Assembly: GCA_951406725.2 (NCBI GenBank)
Contig: OX597815.1
Span: 155,930,001-155,994,000, forward strand
Origin: Octopus vulgaris
Lineage: Eukaryota
Direction: 5' to 3'
DNA length: 64,000 nt
Under the pieces are notes generated by a model. That model was not told the DNA's origin, ran no database searches, and was given only the letters and a program-made list of their open reading frames with translations. The position numbers were made by a program, and so were the translations under genes. This document shows, one piece after another, positions 26,410-38,980 of the stretch (its first letter is position 1; each line of letters begins with the position of its first letter).

Positions 26410-26498
26410 GCAGACGATCGTTTCGTACAGAGACATAAAAATAAGAATGCAAATTCATGATTGAATTAAATTAAATATATCAATGTACTCTTCAGTGC
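26410..26498 (-). ncRNA. Minimal type I hammerhead ribozyme with an intact core
   Basis: gca-CUGAAGA-GUACA-[54-nt loop]-UGUAC-GAAAC-GAUC-GUC-ugc: all conserved core nucleotides, G10.1-C11.1 pair, GUC cleavage triplet, palindromic stem III and a 3-bp stem I. Confidence 0.7.
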
Positions 26499-27622
26499 GG
26501 GAAGTATAAACAAAAATACAATGAACTTGAGAAGGAAAATAGCAAAAAATTTGAATGTAGGAGATTCATATTTTTATCGTTGTGAGAAAGAGATGTGAGT
26601 CATGTTTGGATATTTAATCATAACTAAGGGTTATAACGGTTATATGAAGATATAAGTAAAGCGGTATCAGAAACGTTTCCTCTATAGATGAGTATTGAAA
26701 TTAGAAATGTTAAGTCCAAATAGGGCAAAATATGTATTAGAAATGTTCAATAGAAAGACACTCCTTGGTTTGAATTGAAATATGGTCTGGCCATTGAAAT
26801 CATTACGTCGTGTGGTGAATATTTAAAAAAAAAATTCCATACATAAGAATGAAGTATATCGTGAGGAGATGGTATATAAAGAGCTAATACTAAATAGTTA
26901 ACGTAGATAAATTGTAGGGGAAACAGAGATGTCAAAAAAATATTAAAGATAGAATATGATGTATAAAAGGGAGTTATGCTTGCATAAAAACTAATATTCG
27001 TTATTATGTATAAAATATAATGCAGAAAAATTGGTGTTAATATTACAAATAAAAATATTATATCCTTGTTGTGACTATAAGAATGACAAAGTGAAAATAG
27101 ACTGGGAGTAAAAATAGAAATACGAAAAAGAAAATAAATGTAGGGGAGAGAAATGAGCTGGGAAGGAGAAGAGTAAATAAATAAAAAAAATATATTTTAT
27201 AAAAGTATTGATGTGTTATGTTATACAGTAGATGTATTTTGGTATAAAAAATATTTTAGAGGTGATAATCTAGCTCAGTATTAAGAAAGAAGGATATATA
27301 ATGGCAACAGGGTGGTAGTGGTATTCAGGTTATAAGGGTGCAATGCCAGTCATGAATATAAGAAAGGATACGAGTAGGAGGGTGCACGCAAGTGAACAAA
27401 AATTTATACATAATATAGGAGAAAAATAATCTAACAGGGAGAAGAGTGTGTGTGTGTGTATATACTCATACATGTGCAGAGGCATATTTGCACATTAGTA
27501 TATATAGGTACTGGAATTCTAGTTGTTGTACGATTAGGGTATAGATATAAAAAAAGACACCGTGCAAATATACACGCAGCGGTGCAAAGAGAGAAGAGGC
27601 ACCTACATATAAATATAAATGC

Positions 27623-27690
<68 letters not shown>

Positions 27691-27703
27691 CTATATATAT
27701 GTA

Positions 27704-27777
<74 letters not shown>

Positions 27778-27781
<4 letters not shown>

Positions 27782-27929
27782 AAATGGAACAAGAACGCAA
27801 AACATCCGGACAGCATAGGTGATGCAAAAAGGTACAACAAAACATCCAGATAGACGATACAAAGAAAACAAGGACGGGTCATTTGAAGTTTTCTTTCTTC
27901 AGTCAAGCACCAGATTAGCCTCGCAATTT

Positions 27930-27932
<3 letters not shown>
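27778..27932 (-). repeat. Dispersed repeat inside a (TA)n tract; paralogues at 63278-63445 and 63829-64000
   Basis: Reverse complement matches ccgaaattgc..taatctgg..aaatgacccgtc..gtatcgtctatctggatgttttgttgt. Confidence 0.85.
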
Positions 27933-27968
<36 letters not shown>

Positions 27969-28073
27969 GTATGTGTGAATATATACAATATATACATAAG
28001 TAAATGCGCAATTAAAATCAATATAGGCACACACACATACACACACACACAGACGCACATGCACACATCCTAT

Positions 28074-28142
<69 letters not shown>

Positions 28143-28255
28143 TATTTGCATCATAATATAAGATTTTAAAAGTGTTTCCGAGTACATTTTACGCTGTGAA
28201 GACATTTTCTGTTAGAGAAGTGAATACGTTGTGTAGAGTGGATAAGTATTTTTAC

Positions 28256-29000
28256 TTTGGGTTGGTCAAAACGTCTGTTTGAGTTTTCAAAATAAGACGC
28301 AAACGTTAAACACCAGGCAATGTATTCGGTCAATAATATAGTTATAGTTTCATTCCAGCAGATTTACCACTTTGCAGAACCATTAGTTCCTGCTCAAAGA
28401 ATTCCCTGTCTTTACTAGTGAAAATCTCTTCGAGGTGAATTTATATATCTTCTTCAGCGTGGACGTTCTGTATATTCGATGAGATTTGAAGAGACTTAAA
28501 CCAGTGTAAATCCGAAGGCACAATGTCGGTCGAATATTGAGGGTGCGGCAAAACTTCCCTCAACCGTAGCCCAGCCCAGCCCATCTCCAGTAACGTCTGT
28601 GTTTGCAAAGAAGGATGCGATCTGACATCCAGGTGGATAGCTGCATCTAATTTGTCCAGCTGGTTGCAGTACTCATCCAGATAGGTAGTCCTGACAGACA
28701 ATACCCTTCCAATCCCACCAAATTTAAAGCATAACTTTCTTCGGGTGAAATGCTGCTTTGGAGATTGTTTGTGATAGTTCACCTCGCTTCCCCAATGATC
28801 GTTTGTGATACATATTATTATAGACAATCCATTTATCGCCTGCTGCTACGGTTCTCTTCGAAAAGAGATCGTTTGCTTCACGTTTCTGCAGCACATCGTA
28901 GATGAAAATCCATAGTGTCTGATTAGCCTCATTCAATTGATCTGGGATCGAAACATCGAACCTACTTACGTAACCAAGTTTATGAAGATGGTTCTCAACT
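28256..29000 (-). mobile_element. Decayed mariner transposon with one terminal repeat
   Basis: AGDKWIVYNN, FHPKKVML and EVLPHPQYSTDIVPSDLHWFKSLQ motifs. TIR-like ttgggttggtcaaaa near 28257. Confidence 0.88.
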
Positions 29001-29031
29001 GGCCGTTAGTACAAGCATAATAGTATAAGTA

Positions 29032-29214
29032 TAAGGGTGCCGAAGAGCTACCGCCATGCTAGAAATAGCAGTCAAAACTGACTCTAGAATCACAGCAGGC
29101 ATTCATATAGCACTGGTGCAGTATGAATACCTGTGCTATATGAATATATGATGTGGTTCTAGAGTCAGTCTAGAGAGCTATTTCTGGCATAATGGTGCCT
29201 CTTCGGTACCCTTA
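29032..29214. repeat. Imperfect fold-back (~85-bp arms)
   Basis: taagggtgccgaagag..ctgactctagaatcaca..attcatatagcac pairs with gtgctatatgaat..tgtggttctagagtcag..ctcttcggtaccctta. Confidence 0.8.
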
Positions 29215-29248
29215 ATTATAATTGTGCACACACACACAGACACAGATA

Positions 29249-29336
<88 letters not shown>

Positions 29337-30336
29337 GGTTTCATCTCTATAACTTTATTATATCTTTATAACTGATATTGAAAATGTATACTGTAGAATA
29401 TAATAAATAACTTCTTTTCAGCTTATCGTTCTTCGATACGAAAAAAATCGACAGCCTTCAGTTTCAATAAACTATTATGTTTCCTGACTGTTGTTTTTTT
29501 ATATATTTACTACGGATTGCTTGAAGCTAACTTTCTTCCTACACTTCGATCCCTGGATCTTACATTTATCATTTATACATACACACGTACACACATATAC
29601 ATACATATATATATACATACATACATATAGCAATAATAAATCTCTAAGCGAGGTATATATATATTATATATATATACATACATACAAATATACTGTTGTC
29701 CAGCTATGACAACGGCTTTCTGCACAGATTTGAATTATCCATCCATATCCCTGTCAGGTGCACGCAGGATGCTTTTGATGTCACTTAGATAATTGCAAGT
29801 GTTATAGCAGACATGACAGGAATAAGTACATGTAAATGACAGCTAGTTGATAGGAAGTTCTTCGGGGAATTTTTTTGGTTTATGTTTTCTCCGAAGATTC
29901 ACTAATCCAACTCTTTCTGAACTAGTATTATTCTCTCTCAGATTGATCAATCAAAACAAGTTTTTCATAAAGTATTGACACGTTACATTTTGCGTATTTA
30001 TTTAGGCACAAACTGCTCGGTTCTTTTCTAATTCCTTGCTTTATACGTAGATTTCTTTCCTTCTTTTATACTTTCTTCTAACTATCCCTCAGTTCTTGAA
30101 ATCGGCGCTCATGCTCTTTAAACATTCCATGTAAATGCTGCATCTATATCTATTGTTATGAGGCCACGTAAACTATCATTCATACTTGAAGAAAACAACA
30201 ACAAAAACGTGCGGTTTCGAATTCTAAAGACTTCCATATCTACGTGATAACCTATTCTGTACATTTGATTCCTAATACTATAAAATTCGATTCTCTCATA
30301 GTCAGCTTTCTCTCAACCAACAGCCACAAGATTAAG

Positions 30337-31092
30337 CGGGGCGAGCTGGTAGAAACGTTAGCACGCCGGGCGAAATGTTTAGCGGTATTTCGTCTGCTTT
30401 TACGTTCCGAGGTCAAATTCCGCCGAGGTCGACTTTGCCTTTCATCCTTTCGAGGTCGATAAATTAAGTACCAGTTACGCACTGGGGTCGATGTGATCGA
30501 CTTAATCTCTTTGTCTGTTCTTGTTTATCCTGTCTATGCTTAGCCCCTTTGTGGGCAGTAAAGAAATAAGAAACGTTAGTATGCCGGTGAAATGCTTAGC
30601 GGTATTTCGTCTGCCGCTATGATCTGAGTTCAAATTCCGCCGAGGTCGACTTTGCCTTTCATCCTTTCGGGGTTGATTAAATAAGTACCAGTTACGCACT
30701 GGGGTCGATGTAATCCTCTCTGTGTTTAGCCCCTTGTGGTCAGTAAAGAAATAGGTATTTCGTCTGTAGTCATGTTCTGAGTTCAAATTCTGCCGAGGTG
30801 GACTTTGCCTTCCATCCTTTCGGGGTCGATAAATTAAGTACCAGTTACGCACTAGGGTCGATGCAATCGACTTAATCCCTTTTCTGTCCTTGTTTGTCCC
30901 CTCTATGTTTAGCCCCTTGTGGGCAATAAAGAAATAGGTCTTTCTTCTGTCCACATGCTCTGAGTTCAAATCCCGCCGAGGTCGACTTTCATCTTTCCAG
31001 GGTCGATTAATTAAGTACCAGTTGCGTACAGGGGTCGATCTAATTGACCGAATACCTCCCCCAAAATTTCGAGCTTTGTGCCTAGAGTAGAA
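30337..31092 (+). mobile_element. Tandem tetramer of SINE family B
   Basis: Four successive copies of caaattccgccgaggtcgacttt..catcctttcggggtcgat..aagtaccagttacgcac. Confidence 0.9.
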
Positions 31093-31747
31093 AAAATTCG
31101 ATGTTAACAAGTTTTGAGAAACTGTTCAAGAAGTAGCATTTGCCTATACATGTATGTTGTTTAGCCCCCTGATCATCACTTATCTGGCAAACCCGCTTTC
31201 ACATGTGTTCCAACCGCGAGCATGCTGTCATATTTTCAGACATGGTTGCGTGTAGGACTGAATTGTCCAATGTATTGTTCAGTTCGCAAAAGCAATGCTG
31301 ACTGATTTACAGAAACGTTATCTACACTTTATAGTAAGTTAAACAGTCTCGTAGGAGTTCCCTGGTTGCATGTGTTCGTGTGTGTGTGTATGTGCATGCA
31401 TGTGTGCTAGTGCGTGTCTCTCTGTTATTGTGTGTGTGTGTGTGTGTGTAGATAAAGAATATTCGGTTTCTGATTTAGCCTAGGTAAAACAAAATGTATA
31501 TTACTATTTGTCTGGTTTGTATTTCGATATAATAATTAGTACTCAATAAAATATTACTTAAAAGTACAAGAAACCATTTCGAAGACAAGCACTTAAGTTA
31601 ATAATAGCGTTGCACACTATTTTATAAATAGTGTGCAATATCAATATCGTATAATAAATAAGAACCACACGGCATCTTGCATAGGTAACAATTAGCGTGT
31701 TTGAAAACAAATATATACGTTGTGCATGCAGTTTAATGTCAAATATT

Positions 31748-31961
31748 ACTCTCTTTTACTCTCTTCTACTTGTTTCAGGCATTTGACTGTGGCCATGCGG
31801 GAGCACCGCCTTTAGTCAAGAACATCAACCTCAGGATTTATTCTTTGTAAGCCTAGTACTTACTCTATCGTTCTCTTTTGCCGAACCGCTAAGTTGTGGG
31901 GATGTAAACACACCAGCATCGGTTGTCAAGCGATGTTGGGGGAACAAACACAGACACACAA

Positions 31962-32056
<95 letters not shown>

Positions 32057-32652
32057 TATCAATATCATAGGCGCAGGAGTGGCTGTGTGGTAAGTAGCTT
32101 GTCTACTAACCACATGGTTCCGAGTTCAGTCCCACTGCGTGGCACCTTGGGCAAGTATCTTCTACTATAGCCTCGGGCCGACCAAAGCCTTGTGAGTGGA
32201 TTTGGTAGACGGAAATTGAAAGAAGCCTGTCGTATATATGTACATATATATATGCGTGTGTGTGTTTGTGTGTCTGTTTGTCCCCTAGCATTGCTTGACA
32301 ACCGATGCTGGTGTGTTTATGTCCCCGTTACTTAGCGGTTCGGCAAAAGAGACCGATAGAATAAGTACTGGGCTTACAAAAAGAATAAGTCCCGGGGTCG
32401 AGTTGCTCGATTAAAGGCGGTGCTCCAGCATGGCCGCAGTCAAATGACTGAAACAAGTAAAAAAGTAAAAGAGAGTAATATACATATATGCGACGGGCTT
32501 TTTTCAGTTTCCGTCTACCAAATTCACTCACAAGGCTTTGGTCGGTCCGACGCTATAGTAGAAGACACTTGCACAAGGTGTCACGCAGTGGGACTGAACC
32601 TGGAACCATGTAGTTCGTAAGCAAGCTACTTACCACACAGCCACTCCTACGC
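31748..32652 (-). mobile_element. SINE family A host copy split by an oppositely oriented family A copy
   Basis: The 3' half at 31748-31965 and the 5' half at 32490-32652 flank the + copy. Confidence 0.85.
32070..32477 (+). mobile_element. SINE family A, full length
   Basis: A box tggctgtgtgg, B box-like gagttcagtccc, CORE-like ccttgggcaag, internal (TA)(TG)n and tail gactgaaacaagtaaaa. Confidence 0.9.
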
Positions 32653-33339
32653 TTTTGACAATACTTTCTTGATTTGTTCCATCGTGAGCATCTACATACA
32701 AATTACCAAATATAGACGTATTCGCAGCTATTTTCTTAGTCTTTCGCGCTTGTGCCAGTTTCAATCATTGAACTGTCGTTGATTAAATCAACTCGCTACT
32801 AATTTAAGATGTAGTACTAAAGAGGTGTAAACCAATTAACAAGGGTTGTCAGGCGGCAAGAAATAAACAAAAAGCCACCCCTCCACAAATATATATATAT
32901 ATATTGTTGGTTTCCTTGTCCTGTATTTTACTGGTTTTATCTTTATTTGTACTGTTCTTTTCTTCATCTGTATTGCTTTTACGGCCTGTTCTTGTCACTT
33001 TTTTACTCATCCGCAAAAAAATTTTTAATTAATTCATTTTGCGGGAAGGACCGCTTCGGTGTGGCCGTGTTCTGCCCTTACCTTCGAAACACGCATTGAG
33101 TCGAAACAGGGGCAGCTGAAGAATAGGAATGTTCCTTGTATTGTTTGTCTTGTACTCTGTTTTTTCGGTGTTAAAAAAAGCCCTTGTTTGATTTTATGTT
33201 TTCGTTTCTCGATGTGTTCTACGTTTATTTGTGGTGTCCTGTACTCATATATTCATGTATATATACATATAGATGTAGGTATGTACATATATGTATGTAT
33301 GCATATGTTTTATTTATTAAATTTCTAATATATATATAT

Positions 33340-33403
<64 letters not shown>

Positions 33404-33409
33404 GTTAAA

Positions 33410-33620
33410 TGTGACCGAGTGTGTACCGTTGGCGATTTTTTTCCCTCTGTCTTCTTCTCTCTGGATCTTTCCTTCTCCTATGTTTCCGACGAAGAGCTCC
33501 GCTCAAAACGTTAAACCCTGCTTCTTTCCTTCTTTCCTGAGCGTCCAATAATACTATATTTTTTCCACGTCCTCGCGTAGTTGTGTTTTTTTTTGTGCTT
33601 TCTTGTTTGGATTAACTATA
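33410..33620 (+). mobile_element. Short hammerhead-bearing element with a mutated core (G12 to A)
   Basis: ccgacgaagagctccgctcaaaacgttaaac at 33486-33516; paralogue of 25470-25610. Confidence 0.7.
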
Positions 33621-33699
33621 TATGTGATAGGTTTCTGCACATGTCTTCTTTTTTGTTTTTCAGAAACAGCTTGATATATTAGTGACCAGTCAATGGCAC

Positions 33700-34500
33700 T
33701 GGAGAGAATAACGATTAAAGTTGTAGTTGAGAAACACTCTGCTGACATGGCGTGCTGGAATCAATCTGAAAACTGAGTGTTATTTGTATCATGAGGATTC
33801 GCGCCGGCTATCAAAATAGCAGCATCATGACTGCTGCTCAGTGCTCTCAAACACTGCAAATGCTGTAGGATGTGACATGGACAGCTATAACGGAGATTAA
33901 GAATCCCTGATCAGCAGGTGTTCTACCTAGGTTCATAAGCTGGAACCCATCGTACAACTATGATGACATTTACTTCCACTCGTACAAAAGGCGCAAGAGA
34001 CAAATTCTCACAGCTAAAGCCAAGGAGACCCGCTTGACGGAGGCAAAGACAGCTATGTACAAGCTGAGGCATCGTAGTCAGCTGCGATGATCTGGTTTTT
34101 CTCAGATGAAAAGAACTGCCGGGACCAGCTCAACAACACCCAGAACAACAAATGGCTGCCTACAACCCATGCGATGTTCTATATATCAGTTCTACTAAAC
34201 TGCAATGGTGCGTATCCAGTGTAGGTGACGTCATGCTGCCCTATATCTTTGAACAGGGTGAAGCTATGTGAAGCTGCTGGAAAATGTGATCAAATTTTGG
34301 TTCAAGAGGGCCATATATGTGGCAGCAGAATTTGGCTGCTTGCCATACCTCCGGAAAGAGTCGGAGACTACTACGTGTGGGGCTCGGTTCAGAAAGACAC
34401 CAACAACTCTGTCTGCAACACCAACTAAGGCCGACCTGGTGCTTATAATCAAGGAGGTGTTCGAAGATCTTCGCAGGGTGGAAGCTGGGTGGTTACTTTG
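33700..34500 (+). mobile_element. Decayed Tc1/mariner-superfamily transposon (DD37D/maT-like)
   Basis: WFFSDEKN..NTQNNKW near 34093-34155 and DYYVWGSVQKDTN near 34366-34404. Confidence 0.65.
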
Positions 34501-35177
34501 TGTAAATTGTTATCTCCGACTCATAATCTAGTTGATATTTTTGATTTATTAAGAATAATTTTACTTTTGATTATGTATGTATGTCATTATTCTGCGTTAT
34601 TTCAAGATTTCTTGCCAAGTGAGAAAAAGTCGGTTTCTAACCTAGACCCAAGACTCCTTCATTGGAATTCCAACATCAACAACAGGGTATTTTTGTATGT
34701 ATGTATGTATGTATGTATGTATGTATGTATGTATGTATGTATGTATGTATGTATGTATGCATGTGTGTGTGTGTCTGCACAAATATATATGTGTACTCTG
34801 TTCTCATTTCTTTTGATGCAAACTGTCAAACTTAGCCTGAACAACGTGTATAATCGAATGCACGAGCCCAAGGAGCTACGTAGTGGTGGTCCAACTTGGA
34901 ACATGTTATTGCAAAAACAATTTCTTAGCCACGCGCGTATGTTTCCACCTTTTGATTGGTTTGTATGCGTATATGGAATCGATGCAAACACAGTATACTG
35001 ATTAATATAAATGCATATATAAATTAACAGAAAGCATACGTAAGTAATCAAGTTAATTGAATATTTTAATGGTGTAAGTTTGTCTTGAAATTATACAAAA
35101 CAGATGAAGGTAAATCGTATACGTATACACTTAGCACTCAGATGCATGCATATATCAACAATACACACAAATACATG

Positions 35178-35230
<53 letters not shown>

Positions 35231-35239
35231 GCGTTTGTG

Positions 35240-35570
35240 CATCGTTTATTATGGCTGCCCCCTCGTTATCGAGTATGGCCAGTGCACGAAGCTTAACTGT
35301 TACTGGTGATGTGATCGAATGTGACTTTTTAGCCCAGCTAAAGATCTACAATGTCTTGTACAAAATTGGCAATTAAAACTTTTACTGGTAATAGCCGGCT
35401 GTAGTTGTAACTGGGCTTCATGCACCTTTGCATGTCGTTTAAGTCCTCCTGCCAAATTAAACTCTCTTCCACATGCCTGACAGATATGATTAGTATGGTG
35501 TATTACACCACCACCAGTGGCCAGGTGACTACGAAGATGACTCTTGAGTCCAGCTTTACTGAGGTAGTAA
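35240..35570 (-). mobile_element. LINE ORF2 C-terminal fragment with tandem C2H2 zinc fingers and a short 3' UTR
   Basis: SKAGLKSHLRSH, CQACGREFNLAGGLKRHAKVH and CQFCTRHCRSLAGLKSHIRSH, then a stop at 35300. No TGEKP linkers. Both ends run into microsatellites. Confidence 0.6.
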
Positions 35571-35620
35571 ATACATACATTCGTACACACACAGAGACAT
35601 ATATATATAGAGGTACACAC

Positions 35621-35657
<37 letters not shown>

Positions 35658-35752
35658 CACGTATATAGATGCATATATATATATGCATATACATATATAT
35701 CTATTTATCTATATATATTTTTGTACAGACACAAACATACATACATACATAC

Positions 35753-35799
<47 letters not shown>

Positions 35800-38194
35800 C
35801 GTATGTGTGTGTCTTAGTGTGTAAAATCTTTATATGTTGGAATCGGTGCAAACTTTAATGCGTGTACACGTTCAATATAAATGCTATATGAATATGATTT
35901 CAAAGTAAATGGTAATTTACCCTCAGCTTTATATTTAAGCACTGCCTCGTTGGAATGCAGATTATATGACTTCAATGACAACATAATGATTTAACTTCAA
36001 TAATAAAATAATATGATATAATATTTTTATGAGCTATATTTATCATAGATTTGAAGAGGTATCTTCAAATAATAGATTTGAAGAAGTATCTTCACAGATA
36101 AGTTGATGATTTAGGTAGGAAAAGCATCAATATCACTACGTTATTTTTCCTTCTTCTAAATCTTGCTACATTTTGGATTAGTAGAAAGCAGTGTGTAGTT
36201 ATTTTGCAGTAACTAGTAACTATTTAGTTTTTGAATTGAACGCCTTCTCATGTTGAATTTTTATTTGATATAATCAATCAAACTCAACAAAGTAATCAAC
36301 AACGGACAGGAACAAACGTTATATTATATAAACTCATATAGACCATGACTGCAAGACAAGGTAGAATAACTACTGCTTCTATCATAGCTCTGCTTAATCA
36401 GGTCTTACCATGTGCCAAGCAACAAGAGAAAGATTTATATATGACAATAGAGTAACGACCAGATTAAGCTATGCGAAACTTGGAACATACACTATAAAGA
36501 AACCCTAATTTTCGAAAAATATTGTTCATAAAAACGAAAGCATACGTTAGACTACAATTTAGCTATTACATGTTGTATATTTCGATTATTTTTAAAATGT
36601 CTACTTTTGTACACTTTACAATGAGATTGTTCGTTGTTTTGATCCACGATACCCCGCACCCCTTAGTGTATTTGGAATCGTTTTCGGTTTGAAAATGAGT
36701 GTTCTTTATTAAATTTATAGGACAAATAAATGTGACAAATAAAACACGTTGTGTCTTTTTTCTATAAGTATTGCAATGAATTGCTCTGGTGAACTTTCTA
36801 GTCAAGTACCTTCCTCAAGTATTTTAAACGTGTCAGCTGCTTCTGTTCCCAGACGCGTCATTTATCTATTGAGCTTCCTATTACCCATAAGTATTTTTAT
36901 TCTGATACCTTCTTTCCGCGAACAGTCACTCTCTGGAACTCATTGTTTTCCTCTAGACTGTTATACTCAGTCCTTTTAGATTTCAGTTAATCAATATCTT
37001 TTGAATTTGTCGGATCCCTCTTTTCCTTCTTTGTAGTCTCTTATGCTACAGTAGACCCCAAACTCTTTTGTGACAAAGTCGCATAGAAAAGTATTTTCTA
37101 TAGTGGTAAAACAAGACTACAAAAAATTGTCAGTTATCAAATATTAAAACTATAGCTCTAAAACGTCTTGTTTAGCGCCAGTAAAAGAAATATTAGTTTT
37201 AGATAACTTGGTAAACACATCCTTTACCAAAACTTTCTTCTCGATCTTCCGGATATAATTTCACAAGAATTGATTACCTCATTAGAATCTCTTCAGGTGT
37301 AAACGGCTGCAAAATGATGATGAATTCAAATATGCTATTCAGCTCTTGATAAGCTTTCTGGCGTCTTGACAAGGCAGAAAGGAAGCTATCAATAATTGCA
37401 AAATATTTGGTTTTTAAACTTTCGGGAAAGTGTTTCCGATTCAATAAATGGAACCACTGAAATAATCATACTTGAGATTATTTATTGTTGATAATCTAAA
37501 CTCTCAATCAGATCTTGGTTATTTGCAACGTATGATAAAGTAGACATCAATAGCTTAAATATGTTAATGCAAAGATTAATCGAGTATTCAAGCTGTGTTC
37601 AACTCTTAGCTATAAGATTCCAAAGAAGCATTGGTCAGTTGAATACGTTCTAGGCCCTAATCTCACAATATGACCATTTATAATTTCCAAATTCATGAGG
37701 GTTGAAAATAATCCTCGAATCTGTCGCTGATATTTCATCTGCTCATTGTTATTTAAAACGTCGTAGAAAAGCTGTTTTAATGCAGAAAAGCTGTGTAGAT
37801 GTGCTTCTGTTTGTTGCCTTTGCTCGAGCTAAGTACCTGGTATTTGATATTCTTTTCACAATTAGAAAATGAACATCACCATCAGATTACGCAGAAGTCA
37901 GAAAATCTCATCGATTGATGGAAGTAGAGAAATTAAAAGCTTAACACAAATTTGAAGAAAATTTCCCTGCATACATTCCAGCCAAATTTATTAAACGGGG
38001 AAAGCATAAACTGTAGTCCGCAAACGCATTCGCCTCCTTAAATCATAACTGTACGCTTGTAGTTCATTTTATTGCTGGTATTGCTATAACTGTGATAACA
38101 GTAGTAATTTATATCAATATCATTTACCGCAAAAGAAGTCACGCAAATATTGAACCCACCGTTTAACCTTGCATATTCAATGACTACATGGATC

Positions 38195-38500
38195 AGCGGG
38201 AAAACATTAAAAAATGGCACTCCGTCGGTTACGGCGACTAGAGTTCAAGTTGATCCGATCAACGGAACAGCTTGCTCGTGAAATTAACGTGCAAGTGGCT
38301 GAGCACTCCAAGTGTATCCTTAAAGTTATTCTCAGAATGTGACAAGGCTGGCCCTTTGAATTCCAAGTATTACTCATTCTTGCCAGCTGAGTGGACTGGG
38401 GCAGCGTGAAATATCTTTGTCAAGGATACAAAGCACTGGCAAGCATCGTACTCCTGACCTTACGTTCGTGAGCCGAATATCCCTAACCACTAAGTTACGC
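38195..38500 (-). mobile_element. Decayed tRNA-derived SINE
   Basis: Minus-strand head cttagtggttagg followed by CORE-like ccttgacaaagatatttcacgctgccccagtccactcagctg. Confidence 0.6.
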
Positions 38501-38667
38501 TCATTCACTGTAAAGCAGAGCGCACAGTTAGTCCAGTAAAACGGCGCAGCTTTAGTGCCGCCAAACATAGTGCACAATTAGTCAGTCTTCTAGGTATAAA
38601 CATGTTTGCAGTTCTTCAGTTCGGCGATAATATATTGATACACAGTGCTGCTTGAACATGCGCCTTC

Positions 38668-38980
38668 ACAGTGGTTAGAGTATCAGTATCGCAATCATGA
38701 AGTAGTGAGTTTGAATCCCAGATCAGGCTATGTGTTGTATTCTTAAGCAAGACACTTTATTTCACGTTGTTCCAGTTCACTCAGCTGTAGAAATGAGTTG
38801 CAGCATCACTGTACTGGCCTTTGCCTTTCTCTTGGATCACATCGGTGGCGTGGAGAAGGGAGACTGGTATACATGGGCAACTGCTGGTCTTCCATAAACA
38901 ATCTTGCTCGGTCTTGCGCCTCGGAGGGGAACTTCCCAGGTGCAATCCCATGGTCATTTATGACTGAAGGGGGTCCTTCA
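38668..38980 (+). mobile_element. tRNA-derived CORE-like SINE
   Basis: cagtggttagag..gtttgaatccc followed by ttcttaagcaagacactttatttcacgttg..cagttcactcagctgta. Confidence 0.7.

Noticed and set aside
30337-31092. CRISPR-like array
   Set aside because: Units are ~130-190-bp SINE bodies without unique spacers; eukaryotic context and no cas genes.
35300-35674. Host C2H2 zinc-finger gene
   Set aside because: No TGEKP linkers, the 5' part is microsatellite, and the layout fits a LINE 3' end.
36045-36095. 27-bp tandem duplication with internal palindrome
   Set aside because: Two copies only; consistent with ordinary slippage.
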